A DNA stretch of 64,000 nucleotides, from positions 85,562,001 through 85,626,000 of the forward strand of contig CM052817.1 in the NCBI GenBank assembly GCA_028534125.1, read 5' to 3'. Under the pieces are notes generated by a model, which searched no databases, had not been told where the DNA came from, and was given only the letters and a program-made list of their open reading frames with translations. The position numbers and the translations under genes were made by a program. Below are positions 1 to 13,432 of the stretch, in pieces; the first letter of the stretch is position 1, and each line of letters begins with the position of its first letter. Source of the DNA: Lama glama. Its lineage: Eukaryota.

Positions 1-17
1 TTTATATATTAAAAAAA

Positions 18-130
18 ATCAATTCAACAAATACCCATTAAGTGTCTTTTATGTAGTGTTACTATTCTAGGACAACAGTAAATGAGACAAAGTTATTATG
101 CTCCAAAGTTATTAGAGCTTACATTTTAGT
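18..130 (-). mobile_element. L2 LINE 3' end fragment (ancient)
   Basis: attcaacaaatacccattaagtgtcttttatgt...ctattctagg...agtaaatgagacaaag resembles the reverse complement of the L2 3' terminus. Confidence 0.6.
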
Positions 131-158
131 AAAATTGTAAAATAATATAAGAAGCAAG

Positions 159-660
159 TGTAGTGGATTAAATATTCTTACATTCTCTGTCGCTCCTCAC
201 CATGGTTAGACAAAGCCTATTTCTTGCCCTTTGAATTTCAATAGGCCTTTTAATTTGTTTTGCCCAAGAGAAGTGTGATGTGTAACTTCTGATATTGGAT
301 CGTAAAATATTGGTAGCATCCCCCTCTGCTGTTAGGTATAAACCATCTTTGAAACCAGCTGCCTTGCTTGGGGAAATCCTCATTTAAGAGTAGAGGTTGA
401 GGTCAAGGAACACCGAGACACTCCTTTGGAAAGACCCAGTTGAGCTCCCCACTGACAGTCAACAGCAACTGCCAGTTTTGTAGGGGAGCTGTGTTAAATG
501 TTACAGCTTGTTGAGCCTCCAGATGCCTGCAGCCCCAGCCAGCACCTTATAGAGCAAGACAACTCCCTTGTTGACTCTTGGAACCATCCTAAGAAATAAT
601 GTGTGGTTGGTGCTGTATTAAATTATGGCATATTGGGGTGTAAAGGAAATCGAAACAGAA
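159..660 (+). mobile_element. MaLR solo LTR, MLT1F/G/H-like
   Basis: Starts tgtagtgg; contains MLT1 motifs cccactgacagtcaacagcaactgccag and gagcctccagatgcctgcagccccagcc; ends ...gaaaca. Confidence 0.7.
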
Positions 661-1150
661 GGCATATTTAAAGTTTTAAATTATGTTTGGTAGAGGATAA
701 AATATAATGCTAATTATAAAAATAGTACAGTGCCTTTTTTCCCAACAAAGTTTGGAAAGTAGTTAAAGTTTACCCAGACTTTCAGAATTATTCACAAAAA
801 AACTAAAATCAGGCACTCAAGATAATTTTGCACTAAGAATACAATTAATTAGGAAATAATTTTTAATTTACATAAATGGATAGATCAGAGAATTGGCACT
901 TCCTTGAAGTTGGGACAATCATCTAGGTGACAAATGTGCTAGTGAGAGAAGAATTAAAGTAACCGGCTATGATTCTCACAAAGGAAGTAAAGCATATCTA
1001 ATTGGCATATATACTTTAAGTGATACTTAATAAATTGATATTGTAGTCAATATATATGTTTGTTGTGAGTTTAGCTGGTAAAAATAAATCTGAAAAATTC
1101 AGGATACATTGATAAAAATGAACTTATATTCCTGTAGATCTCACCATAGA

Positions 1151-1357
1151 CCAACAGTTCCCAATCCTGCTTGTTTTATAATGAAGACCTCTTGGGAATA
1201 ATGAGCAATAACAACAGTTCTATCTAAACCTTACTCAGAACAATCAATTTAGAATTTCTGGGTATGGATCTTAAGCATAGTTTGTAGCTGTTGTTGTTGT
1301 TGTTGTTTTAAAGCACTCTAGTTAACCTTAATGTTTGTCATAGTTGTGAGCCACTGG
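1151..1357. mobile_element. MER5B-like hAT-Charlie non-autonomous DNA transposon, with internal (TTG)n
   Basis: Degenerate cagtggttctc/gagaaccactg termini (caacagttccc ... gtgagccactgg) and internal ctcagaacaatcaatttagaatttctggg...ttttaaagcactctag. Confidence 0.6.
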
Positions 1358-1469
1358 CCTACTCGACTATGATTCTGTTAATGCATTATTACCTGTGAGA
1401 ACCACTAAAGTATTCAGCCAGTCTCTCTTAGAAATACCACTTTATAAAATAATACTTGTATAAACATTT

Positions 1470-1931
1470 TTTTTGCGATGGTAATTCTGCATAACTAGCA
1501 ACCTGCATATGTGGGGCTTTTAGCACATGACTTTTTGTTTTCTTGCTCACTAGTCTGAGTCATATATGGCTTCAAGGTACCTGTAGGGTCAGTTTGGATT
1601 GTCTCCAGACTGCAGCCCATGGGTTCTATTCGGGACTTCTCTACACAGCTCTTATTCTGTGACCCGTGCTGAAGGATCAATGCCTTCTTATGGCGTTGGC
1701 TTCTTATGATGGATGGTGGAAGGAAAAGAGGGCTGGCAGAACTTACATGTCTTTTAAGACATGCTTAGAAACAGTGCTCTGTCATCTGGTCCACATTTGA
1801 TCAGATAAACAACTTTCATGTAGAAACCCAATGGTCTATGAGGCAAGGACGTATACACCATCCACATAGAAGGCATAGCAAGGACAGGGAATGGAGGAGG
1901 GGGCTTGGAATAAATACTGTCACTTCCCACA
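1470..1931 (-). mobile_element. MaLR LTR, MLT1H/I-like
   Basis: Antisense MLT1 hallmarks: cttgctcactagtctg, cttcttatgatggatgg, ctctgtcatctggtccacattt; ends cttcccaca. Confidence 0.55.
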
Positions 1932-3099
1932 GAGCCTGTGTATGTACTACCAAGCTGGTGTAATTGCAGCATCTAGAAAAAGCAATGCAAAAATCATTTT
2001 ACTTTGCAAGTGGCTTTCTATGTTTTGATCAAGGCTGCTGATGGCCTTCCTGTGTTAAATACAGGTTTGGCTAAAGTTAACTTACTAAATGATGTTCATT
2101 GACTAGGAGAGTATTTTGATTCATTTTCTTAGCAAATTAAATATATGATCACGAATAAGCTTTCACAGTTTATGTTTTATATTGGCACTTAGGTTTCATT
2201 GTAAAAATACGTGCTTTATATGCTTCTTGGTATATAGTATTGAAGATTTAAAAAATGAAAATATCCCTGTGAAGTAAATGTAGTATTAAGTCCTAGAAAA
2301 TGTTTTTTATAAGCATATATTTTGTAGTTTCTATTGAAAGGATGATCACTTTTTTTAGTCATCTAAAGATTATTGTTCTGCATGGTTATCAAAATTTTGA
2401 ACTGTCCCTTTATATCCTAGTGTAGAAAAGTATATATAAAACAATCTTGTTGCCGTATTTCTACTAGAGTGAGAAATAGCAGACATATTTCTGTATTAAA
2501 TATTAAAAAACTAGAAAATTAGAATCAGAGTCTTCAAGAGCAGAGTTTTTTATTATATATCAGAAGTTAATTTATTTGTCCAAGTGTCTCATGTATCCAT
2601 TCCCCCTTATAATGTGCTATGAAGTTACTGTGCTAAACCTTCTACTGACATTGTTTTAACGAATCACCACAAAAACAAATTATTGTACCAATTTAACAGA
2701 AAATAGGAGATTTTAAGCTTAATTATGAAATAAGATAGAGTATGAAATTCTAAAAGATTAGCAAAAAGGATTAGCTTAGGTGAAAAGACTGAAGAAACAC
2801 TGACGAACACTAAAATATCATGTGCAGTTTAGTGCCGACATTTTCCAGTCTTGATACTGATTTTGGCAATTACTAATAAATTGAAATAGGAAATAAAATT
2901 AAGTAAGTACATACTTGGTAAGGAATGTTAGCATGTAGAAATAATTCATTTTTTATAAAATTAAGATTTCAAATAACCAAAAAATCCATGATTAAACTGT
3001 TGTTTGTGAGCTATAACTTATGTTGAAAAGTAAAGTAGGCTCATGGCCAAAATGATATTAGGGCATAAGAGGTTCATACACACAGTTGAGATGATGGCT

Positions 3100-3545
3100 T
3101 TATTATAATATTTTGCATGTATATAGCACATTACAGTGAATAAAGTATAATCACATGCATAATTTTGAGGATCATTTGTTAAGACCTCAAAATATCAGGG
3201 TGACACAGATTTGGTAGTAGTATTCAGATTTGATAAATAACCTACTGGATTAAGAAAGTTAAATAAATTATTCAAAATTACATTATAGTTCTGTGTGAGA
3301 GCCATGCATATAAGCCAGAGTTTATAATGTAGGCCCAGCATTCTTTTCACTGTCTTAAAGATGCTGCACATTTATTGCATACATCACACACCCATTTGGG
3401 TTCACTATTTTTTTTATCTTATAACAATCCTTTGGGAAATTTATCTTAACAAAATAGAAAAATGAAATTCTGTAGCTTAAATAACTTGTCACTATTTGAT
3501 GAAAACAATTTCAATCTGAAGGTATCTTGGTCTTTTTTACCACAT
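3100..3545. mobile_element. Two degraded MIR SINE fragments
   Basis: MIR core-like motifs (tcacatgcataatttt...aaagttaaataaattattcaaaattacat; tcttataacaatcctttggg...gaaaaatgaaattctgtagcttaaataacttgtc). Confidence 0.45.
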
Positions 3546-3930
3546 TTTCCTTTGTGTCCAGGAATATCTAGAGTTTAAAAGTTATGATAGGGCCATAAAA
3601 TATGGAAGCAGCAAGGCAACGTATAATACACATTTTCTTCACTTATTTCCTTTTGTCTTCTCTTTTTTTTTTTTTGAACTTTTTCAGTTTTCCTTCTCTC
3701 TATATTTTTCCTTCTCTTTATATTTTCCCTTCCTTTCCTTTACTTACCAATTATTTATTGCTAAAATGACTTTAAAAATTAAATCTACCTTAAAACAGAG
3801 TTGCTATATTGAGTAGGAATAGTCAGCCAGTATAGTTGACAGATTTCCCTTTTCTACCCCAAGGAAAGCTTGCCTTGTAAGCCACTGAAATAAAAATGTT
3901 TAAAATGTCTGCTAAAGAGAACTATATAAC

Positions 3931-3933
3931 TGT

Positions 3934-3967
<34 letters not shown>

Positions 3968-4019
3968 AACATTTAAATATATATATATTTAAACATTTAA
4001 ATATATATATATTTAAACA
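3931..4019. repeat. (TA)n microsatellite followed by palindromic TTTAAA(TA)5TTTAAA units with CA spacers
   Basis: Read directly: 22-bp self-complementary units at 3972-3993 and 3996-4017 (period 24), preceded by a longer first unit. Confidence 0.9.
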
Positions 4020-4156
4020 CCTTTATTGTGGCATGATTCCTGTACAATAAGCTACATATATTTCAAATGTACAATTTGATGAATTTTAACAGATGTATAC
4101 GCCAATGAAACCACCACCACAATCAAGATAGCTAACATTTCCATCAGTCCCCAAGA
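4020..4156 (-). mobile_element. Old L1M (L1MB/MC-like) 3' terminus
   Basis: ctttattgtggcatgatt...aatgtacaatttgatgaattttaacagatgtatac...gaaaccaccaccacaatcaagatag...catttccatca is the typical antisense L1M end. Confidence 0.75.
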
Positions 4157-4158
4157 GG

Positions 4159-4365
4159 TGCAAATATCAAATTCCCAATTTGTCCCTCCCTCTACCCCTT
4201 AACCCCCTGGTAACCATAAGTGCATTCTCTGTGTCTGTGAGTCTCTATGTCTGTGTAAGTCAGAAAGAGAAAGAAAAAACCATATGATATCACTTAGGTG
4301 TGGCATCTTAAAAAAGGACACAAATGAACTTACCTACAAAACAGAAACAGACTCACAGACATAGA
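4159..4365 (-). mobile_element. Cetartiodactyl-type L1 3'UTR fragment with inversion (antisense 4159-4255, sense 4256-4365)
   Basis: The sense part matches the 3'UTR of the L1 at 16770-16870 (gatatcactta...acaaatgaactta...acaaaacagaaacagactcacagacataga); the antisense part is the next downstream UTR segment. Confidence 0.8.
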
Positions 4366-5099
4366 TCTGTTATATTATAATTGCTTTGCTATTAGCTTAG
4401 CTGGGAAATACAGAAAACAAGCAGAGTTCACAGACATAGTAACTTGGCATACTGTGAATAGCAGGTTTAGGGGAAGAGTGGGAACAAATTATTAAGAAAA
4501 GAGAATTGAAACTATAGTTTCTGATAATTTTAAAGGAACTTTAAGATTGTGTGGTCTAATTTCAACTTTTAACATGTAAGGACAAACGATCCGAGAAGGT
4601 GCATGCCTTGGCTAAAGTCATGGTGGAAAGGAGCTCACAATAACCACAATGACCTTAACTTTAGGCGTAGATTTTAGATAAATACCATCTTAATGAAGCT
4701 TTCCTATGTCATATAATGACAATATGAAAAGTATTATATATGAATGTCACTGCAAAATTAAATTTCTATATTTAGATATTTTATTATATTTAGACTAGAT
4801 CGCTATCCCATTTCATAGGAATTTGAAGTAATCTGCCAGATCCTCTTTTCTACCCACCCAGCAATCTTAGGGGATAATGTGCAACATTTTAAGAATTGGC
4901 CTGGAAGTTTTGCTCATTACTTTTACCCATGTTTCATGTATGAGAACAAGTTCCATGAAACCATCTGGTTGCAAAGGACCTGTGAAGTGTGTGCTTCCTG
5001 AATGCTTATAGGGAAATGAATTTATTGATGAACACATAGAGATAATAAATATATAAAATTGAGCACCTGGCCTTGATTAGGCAATTGATAAATAACTTT

Positions 5100-7110
5100 T
5101 GAATAAACAGCTAGATTAAAAGAGATGACAAAATGTATACCATGTAAACACTAATAAAAAGAAAGCTAGATTAGCCATATCAATTTAAGAAAAGACATAT
5201 GTCAGAATAATGAAAATTATGAAGGATAAAGAAGGGCATATATAATAATAAAGTAGTCAATTCTCTATGTCAGTAAATGAAGAATTCTAACATTTCTAGA
5301 AGAAAACATGAGAAATTTTGGATTTGGTGGTGAGTTTTCAGGCACAATGCCAAAAGCATATTTCATGAATTAAAAAATAAGTTGGATTCTATTAAAATTA
5401 AATTATTTAAATTTAAATTATCTGTTAGAGTTAAATTTACTAAAATTGAAAACTTTTTCTCTGAAAGAGATACTTTTAAGAGAATGAAAAGACATGTCAT
5501 TCCCTGGGAGAAACTTATTGTGAATCACATATTGGATGAAAAAACATATATCCAGAATTTACAAAGAGCTCTTCATATTCAACAATAAGAATGCAAACTT
5601 TGATTAAACAATCTATATCACAAATGTAGGAAATAACTCACTGAAAGAAATGGAGAAACTGGTGTTAACCTAAGTTTGGAAATGAGGGGAAACTATAGGG
5701 CTAAAGCAAAATAATCTGTACTTAATCATTGTACTCTAGTTGTAACATTGTTTTCCATAGGGTACATCTGAACAATTCTGACTCCCATTTTAACAATTAA
5801 GTCAGTGGATGGTGGGGACTATGCTTCTCACTGTCAGAGTGGGAGGAGGTTCTAGAAAAGCAAGAGGAAAGAGAATGATCTACATGGAAGTAGAATAAAG
5901 TTGGAGATAGGAGGAAGTGCTTAATAAAGTTGCAGATGAATACATATAGAAATATTTATAGATATGTGTATATATACCAGTTGGTAATATGCCCATCTGT
6001 CTCCTTGCTTCGATTGCTAAGAAGCCTACAATGATAACATCCTAGTAGTAACCATCAGCACCCTGTTGCTAGTTTCTAATACCAATTCTAATAGCATTCT
6101 ACAACAAATGAACCAAATCTCCTAAATTTTTTTATTTTTAAGTCAGAGAAGAACATATACAAGGTGAGTCTGAGGCATCCTATTGTGCTATAAAGTAAGG
6201 AAGTGATGTACACATACACACAAACACACACACACAGTGAGTCAAAACAACACAGAGGCCAAGTGAAAGAGCATCCAAAGACCAAAGATAGAATAATTTG
6301 GGCAATAAGATAACAAAATAGTATTTACACTATTTACACTATTATTAATAAATGATTGTATGTATAAATGGAGGTGGGGGAATAGACAGAATCCCCATGC
6401 AGAAGAATTGCCAATATTTTATATAAACGTTCCTCCTCAAAAAGATTGCATAACACCTAATTCCTTAATGTGAACTTACATGATTACTTCTTTAAAAGAG
6501 TACAGTGTGGAAAAGGATTAAAAAGATTAACTGTACAGGGGAAGAAGCCTGACAAACCCTGCCTTTGCCAGGTGATCATGGTTAACATCAGCAGTAATAA
6601 CATCAGCAGTTAATAGTATGTATTTTTGTGATGATGTGATGTGAATGGCACTTTACCTGTGTGGCATTCCTCTCCAAAGCACATAACTCCAGATTAATCA
6701 TGAGAAAGAAATATCAGACAAAATCCAGTTGAGGGAAATTCTACAAAATGCCTGACTAGTATTCCTGAAAATTATCAAGATCATCAAAAGTGTCGTGTCT
6801 CAGAAACTGTTACAATCTAGAAGAGTCTAGGGAGACACGATGACTAACTGTAATGTGGTATCCTGGTAGGAAGTGTGGGACAGACAAGGGAAATTAGGTA
6901 AAAACTAAGGCAATCTCAATTAAGTATAGATTTTAAGTTAATAATTCTGGATCAGTTATGGGTTAATAATGATTCATTTTTTCTGATAAATGTATCATAC
7001 TTATGTAGGTTGTTAACCATAAGGGAAACAGTGTTAGGTATATGGGAATGCTCTGTACAATTTTTGCAATATTTCTATAAATCTGAAACTACTTAAAAAT
7101 ATATCAATAT
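5100..7110 (+). mobile_element. Old L1 (L1MD/L1MC-like): ORF2 endonuclease remnant, ORF2 3' remnant and long 3'UTR
   Basis: 5110-5265 EN-like; 5290-5590 C-terminal ORF2-like (KRMKRHVIPWEKLIVNHI in ORF 5382-5588); 3'UTR motifs cctgcctttgccaggtgatcatggttaacatca, atgtggtatcctgg, tataaatctgaaact. Confidence 0.75.
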
Positions 7111-8699
7111 ATCTATATATATTTAAAAGCATTAAATAGATTGGCAAAATAATTCTCCCTAAAGTTGTGATATTTCATATTCTCACAGATTATTAAAATA
7201 TTCTCTGCAGCCTATGTGACTTTGGATATTATATCTTTAAAAAAATGGCCAGAATAATAAGTATATTAAATAATGAATCTATATGTGTCTGTTTTTATTA
7301 CCACATCCAAAATTGCGTTTTAGCTTTCTACTAGTAGCCACGCCAAGAATTGCAACCTGTTTGGTTAACTACTCCCTTTCCAAAGAACTATGCTGTGTAC
7401 TTATCCCAAAGCCATTGGCTGTGGTCTCATTTGATTCTGGCAGAATACTCTAAAATTGTGATTTTTTTCCTATTAAATGACTAACTTACTGAGACTATCC
7501 CTGAGAAGTTCTACCACACTCACCCATGATATTAAACCTTTTGTTTAACGACACCAGTATGAATGGGATCTAAATTCATTACGTTCCCTTGGAAAATGGT
7601 CATGATTGCAGGCCATACAAGCCCAGTGAATTTCTGGGTAATTCCGCATTTTCATATACTGCTTTCTCATATTCTGGCATGTTTTTTCAGTAAAAATCAC
7701 CCAGATTATACCTCTGTCTCGATACCTATATATGTACATATATACATCCATTTATAATTTTCTTTCTTTAATTTCAAAGATTTTTTTTAGATTCTACTTC
7801 ATGCAATACATTAGACTTATTAATGTAATGTTACTTACTCTGTCACTTTCCACAGTATATTCACAGAGAGGTACTCTCTGAGTTAAAATTTTATTTTTGT
7901 TACCTTGCTTAAATCATTCAAATTTCTTTACCTAAACAGCTTATAAAGCAGTATGACAGGTAAAATTTATCTTTATTGGCTGCCTACTATCTCTCTACAC
8001 TGTCACTCAACAGACTTTCAAATCTAAAGATACAAAACACAAAGTTGTGATTGTCATGAAACTCTGCCAAAGAGAACTTTGTTAAATGAGATAAAATGAT
8101 GCTGCAATGTCATTCTCAAGTTGAAGACTGGTTTTTGCTTGTGGTCTTTGGAAAGCACCTTGCAGTTGAAACAAAATATCTGTCACTTTTGCAGGATAGG
8201 GATAGAGCAGGGAAGAGTGAAATAGGTTGTATCACCATCACTTTCAGACTTTCACTACAATAGATTAGAAAACCTGGACAGCTTTCTTAGTCTTCTTGTT
8301 AAGAAACACTTGCTAATCTCATATAAAGAATTTTGATCAGAATAATAAATGTGCATGAATTAAATTCAGATATAGTATCTTCCAGAGACAAATACTTAGT
8401 TATGTACCAAGAGTAATATAAGAGAAATAAGTTTCTTCTAGATGGATGACAACTGTATTTTACCTGAATTGGCTGAAAGAGGGATTTATGAAAACTGCTT
8501 CTATGAAAGTTTATATTTCTTATATACTATCAAAATTTAATGAATGAGATAGATATAGTCCATGTAATAATTTTGGCTGTTTTGGGGTTTGAATAAATGT
8601 TTATGGTGTTAATTTGAATGCTTATTAGATGTTCTATTTTTAATCTGCATTTAACCCTGTTTATACATCAATCATTCCTCTTGAGATTGTTCTGTAAGC

Positions 8700-8702
<3 letters not shown>

Positions 8703-8748
<46 letters not shown>
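8703..8748. repeat. (TG)23 microsatellite
   Basis: Perfect dinucleotide run. Confidence 0.97.
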
Positions 8749-8751
<3 letters not shown>

Positions 8752-11639
8752 ACATTTGGTATAAAAAATAGAGACTATAACTCACATAGATTCATGTATG
8801 TATGAAATCATTGCAGATTCTCAGGCTGGTAGGAACAAATTAATTAAAGCAAGAATCTGGAAAAAAATTTAGTGTTGGGAAGAAATGAGAACCATCTCTA
8901 ATATATTATGGATATACAATTTACGAATAAAGAAGTAGTAATCAGTGCCAGCATCTTAAAATTGAACATAATGCCTACTATATATACTTTTCTCAAAAAG
9001 AAAAATTAGTGTGAGAACTAAATTCAGGTAGGAAAAAAAAAACTCAACCAAATAATTATTGTGTGCTCTGTGTGATGAAGCAATTATACATGAAAAATAT
9101 TCATATGTAATCAAAATAGAGATAAAACAATCTTGATCCGTAGATTTGAGTGGATAGTAGAACGAGCTGCCTTTTGAAACAGAGTGACAGCATAAATTTC
9201 TTTTTTCAAACACTTTTAAGGCTTTCTCTCCTAAATGGAATAGAGAAAAGGAGGAGCAGAGAAAAAGTATATTAATTGATGTTTTCATAGTATTCTTCTA
9301 ATAAACTGTAATTAGTAAGTACAGTGATCTAAAAACTGAACATAATTATCAGAGTTAAAGAAAGAAGGGATTATCATAGAGAAAGTAAATTATGTATGGA
9401 ATAAAAATAATACTGAAAGAGAAGGGGAGTTGCACAAAAATATGTCACATATAGATAATGCATCTTAAGGAGAAAATGGTGAGTGGCTGTCTAATTTGGG
9501 GGTGATCAAAAATGTGTAGTAGTAACTAGACTTTGTTTTGTAGTTATTTGGAAACAGAGTTCCTTTCCACTGATCTGAGTATTTTCTGCTGACTCCAAAT
9601 GGCCTTACGTATACCACATCATATACATTTTCATGCAGTGAGTAACACTAAGAGCAAACAAAGAAAATCTGTAAATGAAATAGAATGCTGAGTTACAGAA
9701 AATTGGGATGGGCAGCCCTTTTTAGTTAAGAGATTATAGAATGTCTCTCCACTCTACATGAAATTAAGAAAGATAAGAATGCCATAATCATAAAAGGTCA
9801 TTCTAGACTTAGTGTGATTGAAGGCTGTAGAGCATTTTTGGTTCATCCCTGCTTACATAACTTCTAGATGACCAAGCTTGAGGCTGTAGTGTTCTTGGAA
9901 CTCTGATTTCTACTGAGGTAAATTCATTCTATCTATTTTCCTGGAGTATACTGGTCAAAATTATGGCAGACTTTGATGTTATCTCAGAAATACATTTTGT
10001 TTACATTTTCTGTGTGGTTTGTTCATCCTGTCAAAACCACAATGGTAGGGGGATTGGTTTCCATCAATTTCTCACATACTGGGATACTTATCCCAGGTAT
10101 CTGAATTTACACTTGTAATTTTGTGGCCACTTCTCACCAAAAAAATGCCTGGAGTAAAGTAACCTATTATCAGATACCAACTAAATTCTGGTTGCTTGAT
10201 CACTTTATTTGATATATTTCACTTTTACTTAGTTAATGTACTTGCAACTACTTTCTTTTTGATAGAATGAACTTAATTCTTTCAACCCAAAAATAGAGCC
10301 ATTGTGTCAATTGCTGGAACATCCGATCTTCCTGTGTCTTGATTTTTGCCTGCTAATCCCACAAATAATCTAGAGCTGTAGAAAATCTTGTTTCTGAAGG
10401 AAAAATACCAGTGATTACCTGTGCTGTGTGCTGTCTCTCTTCTGATGATGATTAAATTGTAAGAAAGGAGCTTTCAGTATCTGGCAGTAGAATCACAACT
10501 GACTGAGGAAACTATCAAAGACTTTATCAGAATAAATTACAAGAAGCTGCAACAGTCTAACTTGATGTGGAGAGTAGATGAGCGACAGAGTATTCACTGA
10601 GGAATGGTCTTCCTTGTGCACATCACACATGGCTCGATATTATTTTAATATTCTTCACAAGTGTCAAGTTCCTTTTCGCTTATTTTTGAACTTGAGTAAA
10701 ATGTACTCTAAGGTTTTGAAAACTGTTAAGAGTTTGTCATTGTGAGTTTTTAAAGAACATCTGCAGCTCTAATGAGAACTGTTTAATTCATTGTGGCTTT
10801 AATGCTATCTTGTTTCCGGTATAATTCTTCACTTGAATTTTGACTCTAAACTTCAAGGGCAAACAAGTTATTGAAATATAACAAAGGTGCAATTTAAAAC
10901 ATCAATAATATCATATGCACTAAATTCTGATGTTTCTGCTAAATCTTATCCATTTTCAAGATCTTGAACTGTTACTGCTTTGTTTCCATTCACGTGATAG
11001 AAATCAAATCCATTTATATCTTTATTTTCTTTCTGAAGTACACTTTTTGATGATCAAAAGCTTCCATCTGTATAAATTTTAACAACTTAGTCAACTCAGT
11101 TAAAATGTGTAGTTTCTTCTATTGTATACCTGTTGGAATAGTAAAACTTCCAATTGTGTCGTGGAGGGGAGAAAAGAGAGAGAGAGAAGGAGAGAAAGAG
11201 AGAGAGAGACTTCCTCACATTCTGCTCCTAGTTTGTAAAATTCTCTGCAGTGGGTTAAAGTTCATGTTTTTCAACTGAGAAACCTGATGAATTTGAAGAT
11301 TAATTGGACAAAAGAGTTATTCTAACTGTTCTGGAGGGATGTGGTTTTTGGAAACAACATTATTTCAGTCGGACTACAATATTCATGTTTCCATCTAGGT
11401 CATTTGAAGAGAATAAAGTCCCAAAAGAAAATATTATGGAAATTGCTAATTATAATTTCCTCTGTTTGGCAATATAGACTTCAGATACTTCAACTCATGG
11501 CTTCCTCCTGGCCTCTGCATCCTTAGATATATCACTGCTTTGATTGACAGACTACCATTATCTTAATGTTGGATTATCCAAAATCCTATGCAGTTGCATC
11601 ACTGCTAAACTAATGCTGGTTAGTAGAAAATGTTCATTT

Positions 11640-11930
11640 CAAAAAAAAAATCATTCAGGAACCCATTGTCCTTAGAGCTCTGCCATCTTCTATGACATGA
11701 TCCTCTCTTACATTTAACCAAAGATGCAGAAAATATAGTACATGAGTCTCTGGTAGGTTTCTGTTGGCTAAGTCTGAAATTGGTATATATTACTTGTGCT
11801 GACATTTCATTTGCAAAATTTGGTAACATGACCTCACAAACTGCAAGAATAATTGGGAAATGCATGTTGGCTGTATGTCCAGGTAGAGAAGGAAACCAAT
11901 TATAGTAAATAACATAGTAATCTCTGGCTC
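11640..11930 (-). mobile_element. MLT1J/K-like MaLR LTR fragment
   Basis: cattcaggaaccc...gctctgccatct...tattacttgtgctgacatttcatttgcaaaatttggtaacatgacctcacaaactgcaag...tgggaaatgc. Confidence 0.55.
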
Positions 11931-12308
11931 ACGGTTGACTTAAAATCTCATAAACTTTACCATCTCTGAGTTTAAGTCCTAATAAACCCTGCATATAATT
12001 AGATTCAGTCACAGAGGTATTGATTAATAGAAGATATATATCTTTCACATGCTGTATCAGGAAGAGACAATTGTAACTACTTTTAAAGGAAGATCACGCT
12101 ATAAAATAATATCCCATACTTGTGCTAAATTTTATTTTGGGCATTTTCTAGAATTTTCGTCTTTCTTCAACATTTGTCATATGAAGCTCATAGTGTTTAT
12201 TTGCTTCTTCCACTTCCTGTAAAGTCTCTTCTAGGTGTCATGTCATCTGTTTGTGTGTAATAGTTTAACTCTCCTTTAGCCCTTTACTTAGGTTTACGTG
12301 CCCCATTT

Positions 12309-12408
12309 NNNNNNNNNNNNNNNNNNNNNNNNNNNNNNNNNNNNNNNNNNNNNNNNNNNNNNNNNNNNNNNNNNNNNNNNNNNNNNNNNNNNNNNNNNNN
12401 NNNNNNNN
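12309..12408. other. Assembly gap (100 N)
   Basis: Run of N. Confidence 1.
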
Positions 12409-13289
12409 AAAAAAAAAATACTTCCAAATGACTTTCCTTTCTAAGATACATTGAAAATCACTGCCAAATATTTCATGAAGATATTTGGGTCAGTATTGAC
12501 AAATACACTTACTTATAGGTTTTGAAGAAAGAAATGACTTCTTCAGGAAGATCTTTGATGTCCACAGTAATTAATCCTGGAGGACTGAACAAGTGATCTT
12601 TAGGTATAACAGACTTTAAAACGCATCAAATTCCCCCTAGATATATACAAACCACTTCATTTAGTATCCTGCTTCTGAAAGAACCCCTTCTTTCAAAACT
12701 AGCAAAATGTGTGAACCTCCTGACATCATCCCCAACTGCTTGTGGTATTCTATAAACAATGTGACTGTTGTCCCAATTAAGGTGTGAAACTGTCACTGTC
12801 CAAATAGTTGCTTTTGGAAATGTTCCCTGCTTCAGAGTTTCCAGTAGTTGAACATTGAAGGAAAATTGTTATTCATTTCTCTTCCTGATAAATTGTCATA
12901 GCTGATTTAGGACAGTCTGTACCACTTTCCACTTCATGATTAATTAATAACAGTATATTGAAACCAGGTGCACTTAGGTGGGCACACAAAGACATATATA
13001 CTCTATACTTTTCACCTGAAATATATCCGTGTGACATTGAGTACCTCTTAGTAACAAATAACCCTTAGAACCCTGAAAGCTCTTTCCAGGTGAAATCCTA
13101 GATGTGTTCATAACCAGAATCTTTTGTGGGATGAAGGAAAGGAAAGTCTTAGTAAAAGGGAATGGGGCAGTAAAGGGAAGACAGATCTCAAGTCAGAGAC
13201 CTGACTGTTTCAACACCATAACTCTGACTGGTTTGACTATAGAAAATGATTGCCATGAAGTTTATTGATACTGAGAACTGGAAAACTAG

Positions 13290-13432
13290 CTAACACTAAT
13301 GATAAACGAAGTTATTGAGGTTCAAAGAGGTTAACCATTTTGCCCAAAGTCTTACTCTTAATCATTTGTAGAGAAGGAATTAGAATTCAGGTCTTCTTAT
13401 TTCTAGCTAATTGTTCTTTCCATGATATCATA
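13290..13432. mobile_element. MIR SINE fragment
   Basis: attgaggttcaaagaggttaaccattttgcccaaagtc...aggaattagaattcaggtcttct...tgttctttcca is MIR core. Confidence 0.65.

Noticed and set aside
3931..4019. Palindromic repeats that superficially recall a CRISPR array
   Set aside because: Spacers are an invariant 2 nt, the sequence is low-complexity, there are no cas genes, and the context is mammalian
8956..9288. 110-aa minus-strand ORF
   Set aside because: F/L/S/I-rich composition typical of chance ORFs antisense to A-rich DNA
10462..10600. Short open frame YLAVESQLTEETIKDFIRINYKKLQQSNLMWRVDERQSIH* after ctttcag
   Set aside because: Only ~45 codons, purine-rich upstream (poor acceptor) and unrecognised peptide; compatible with chance
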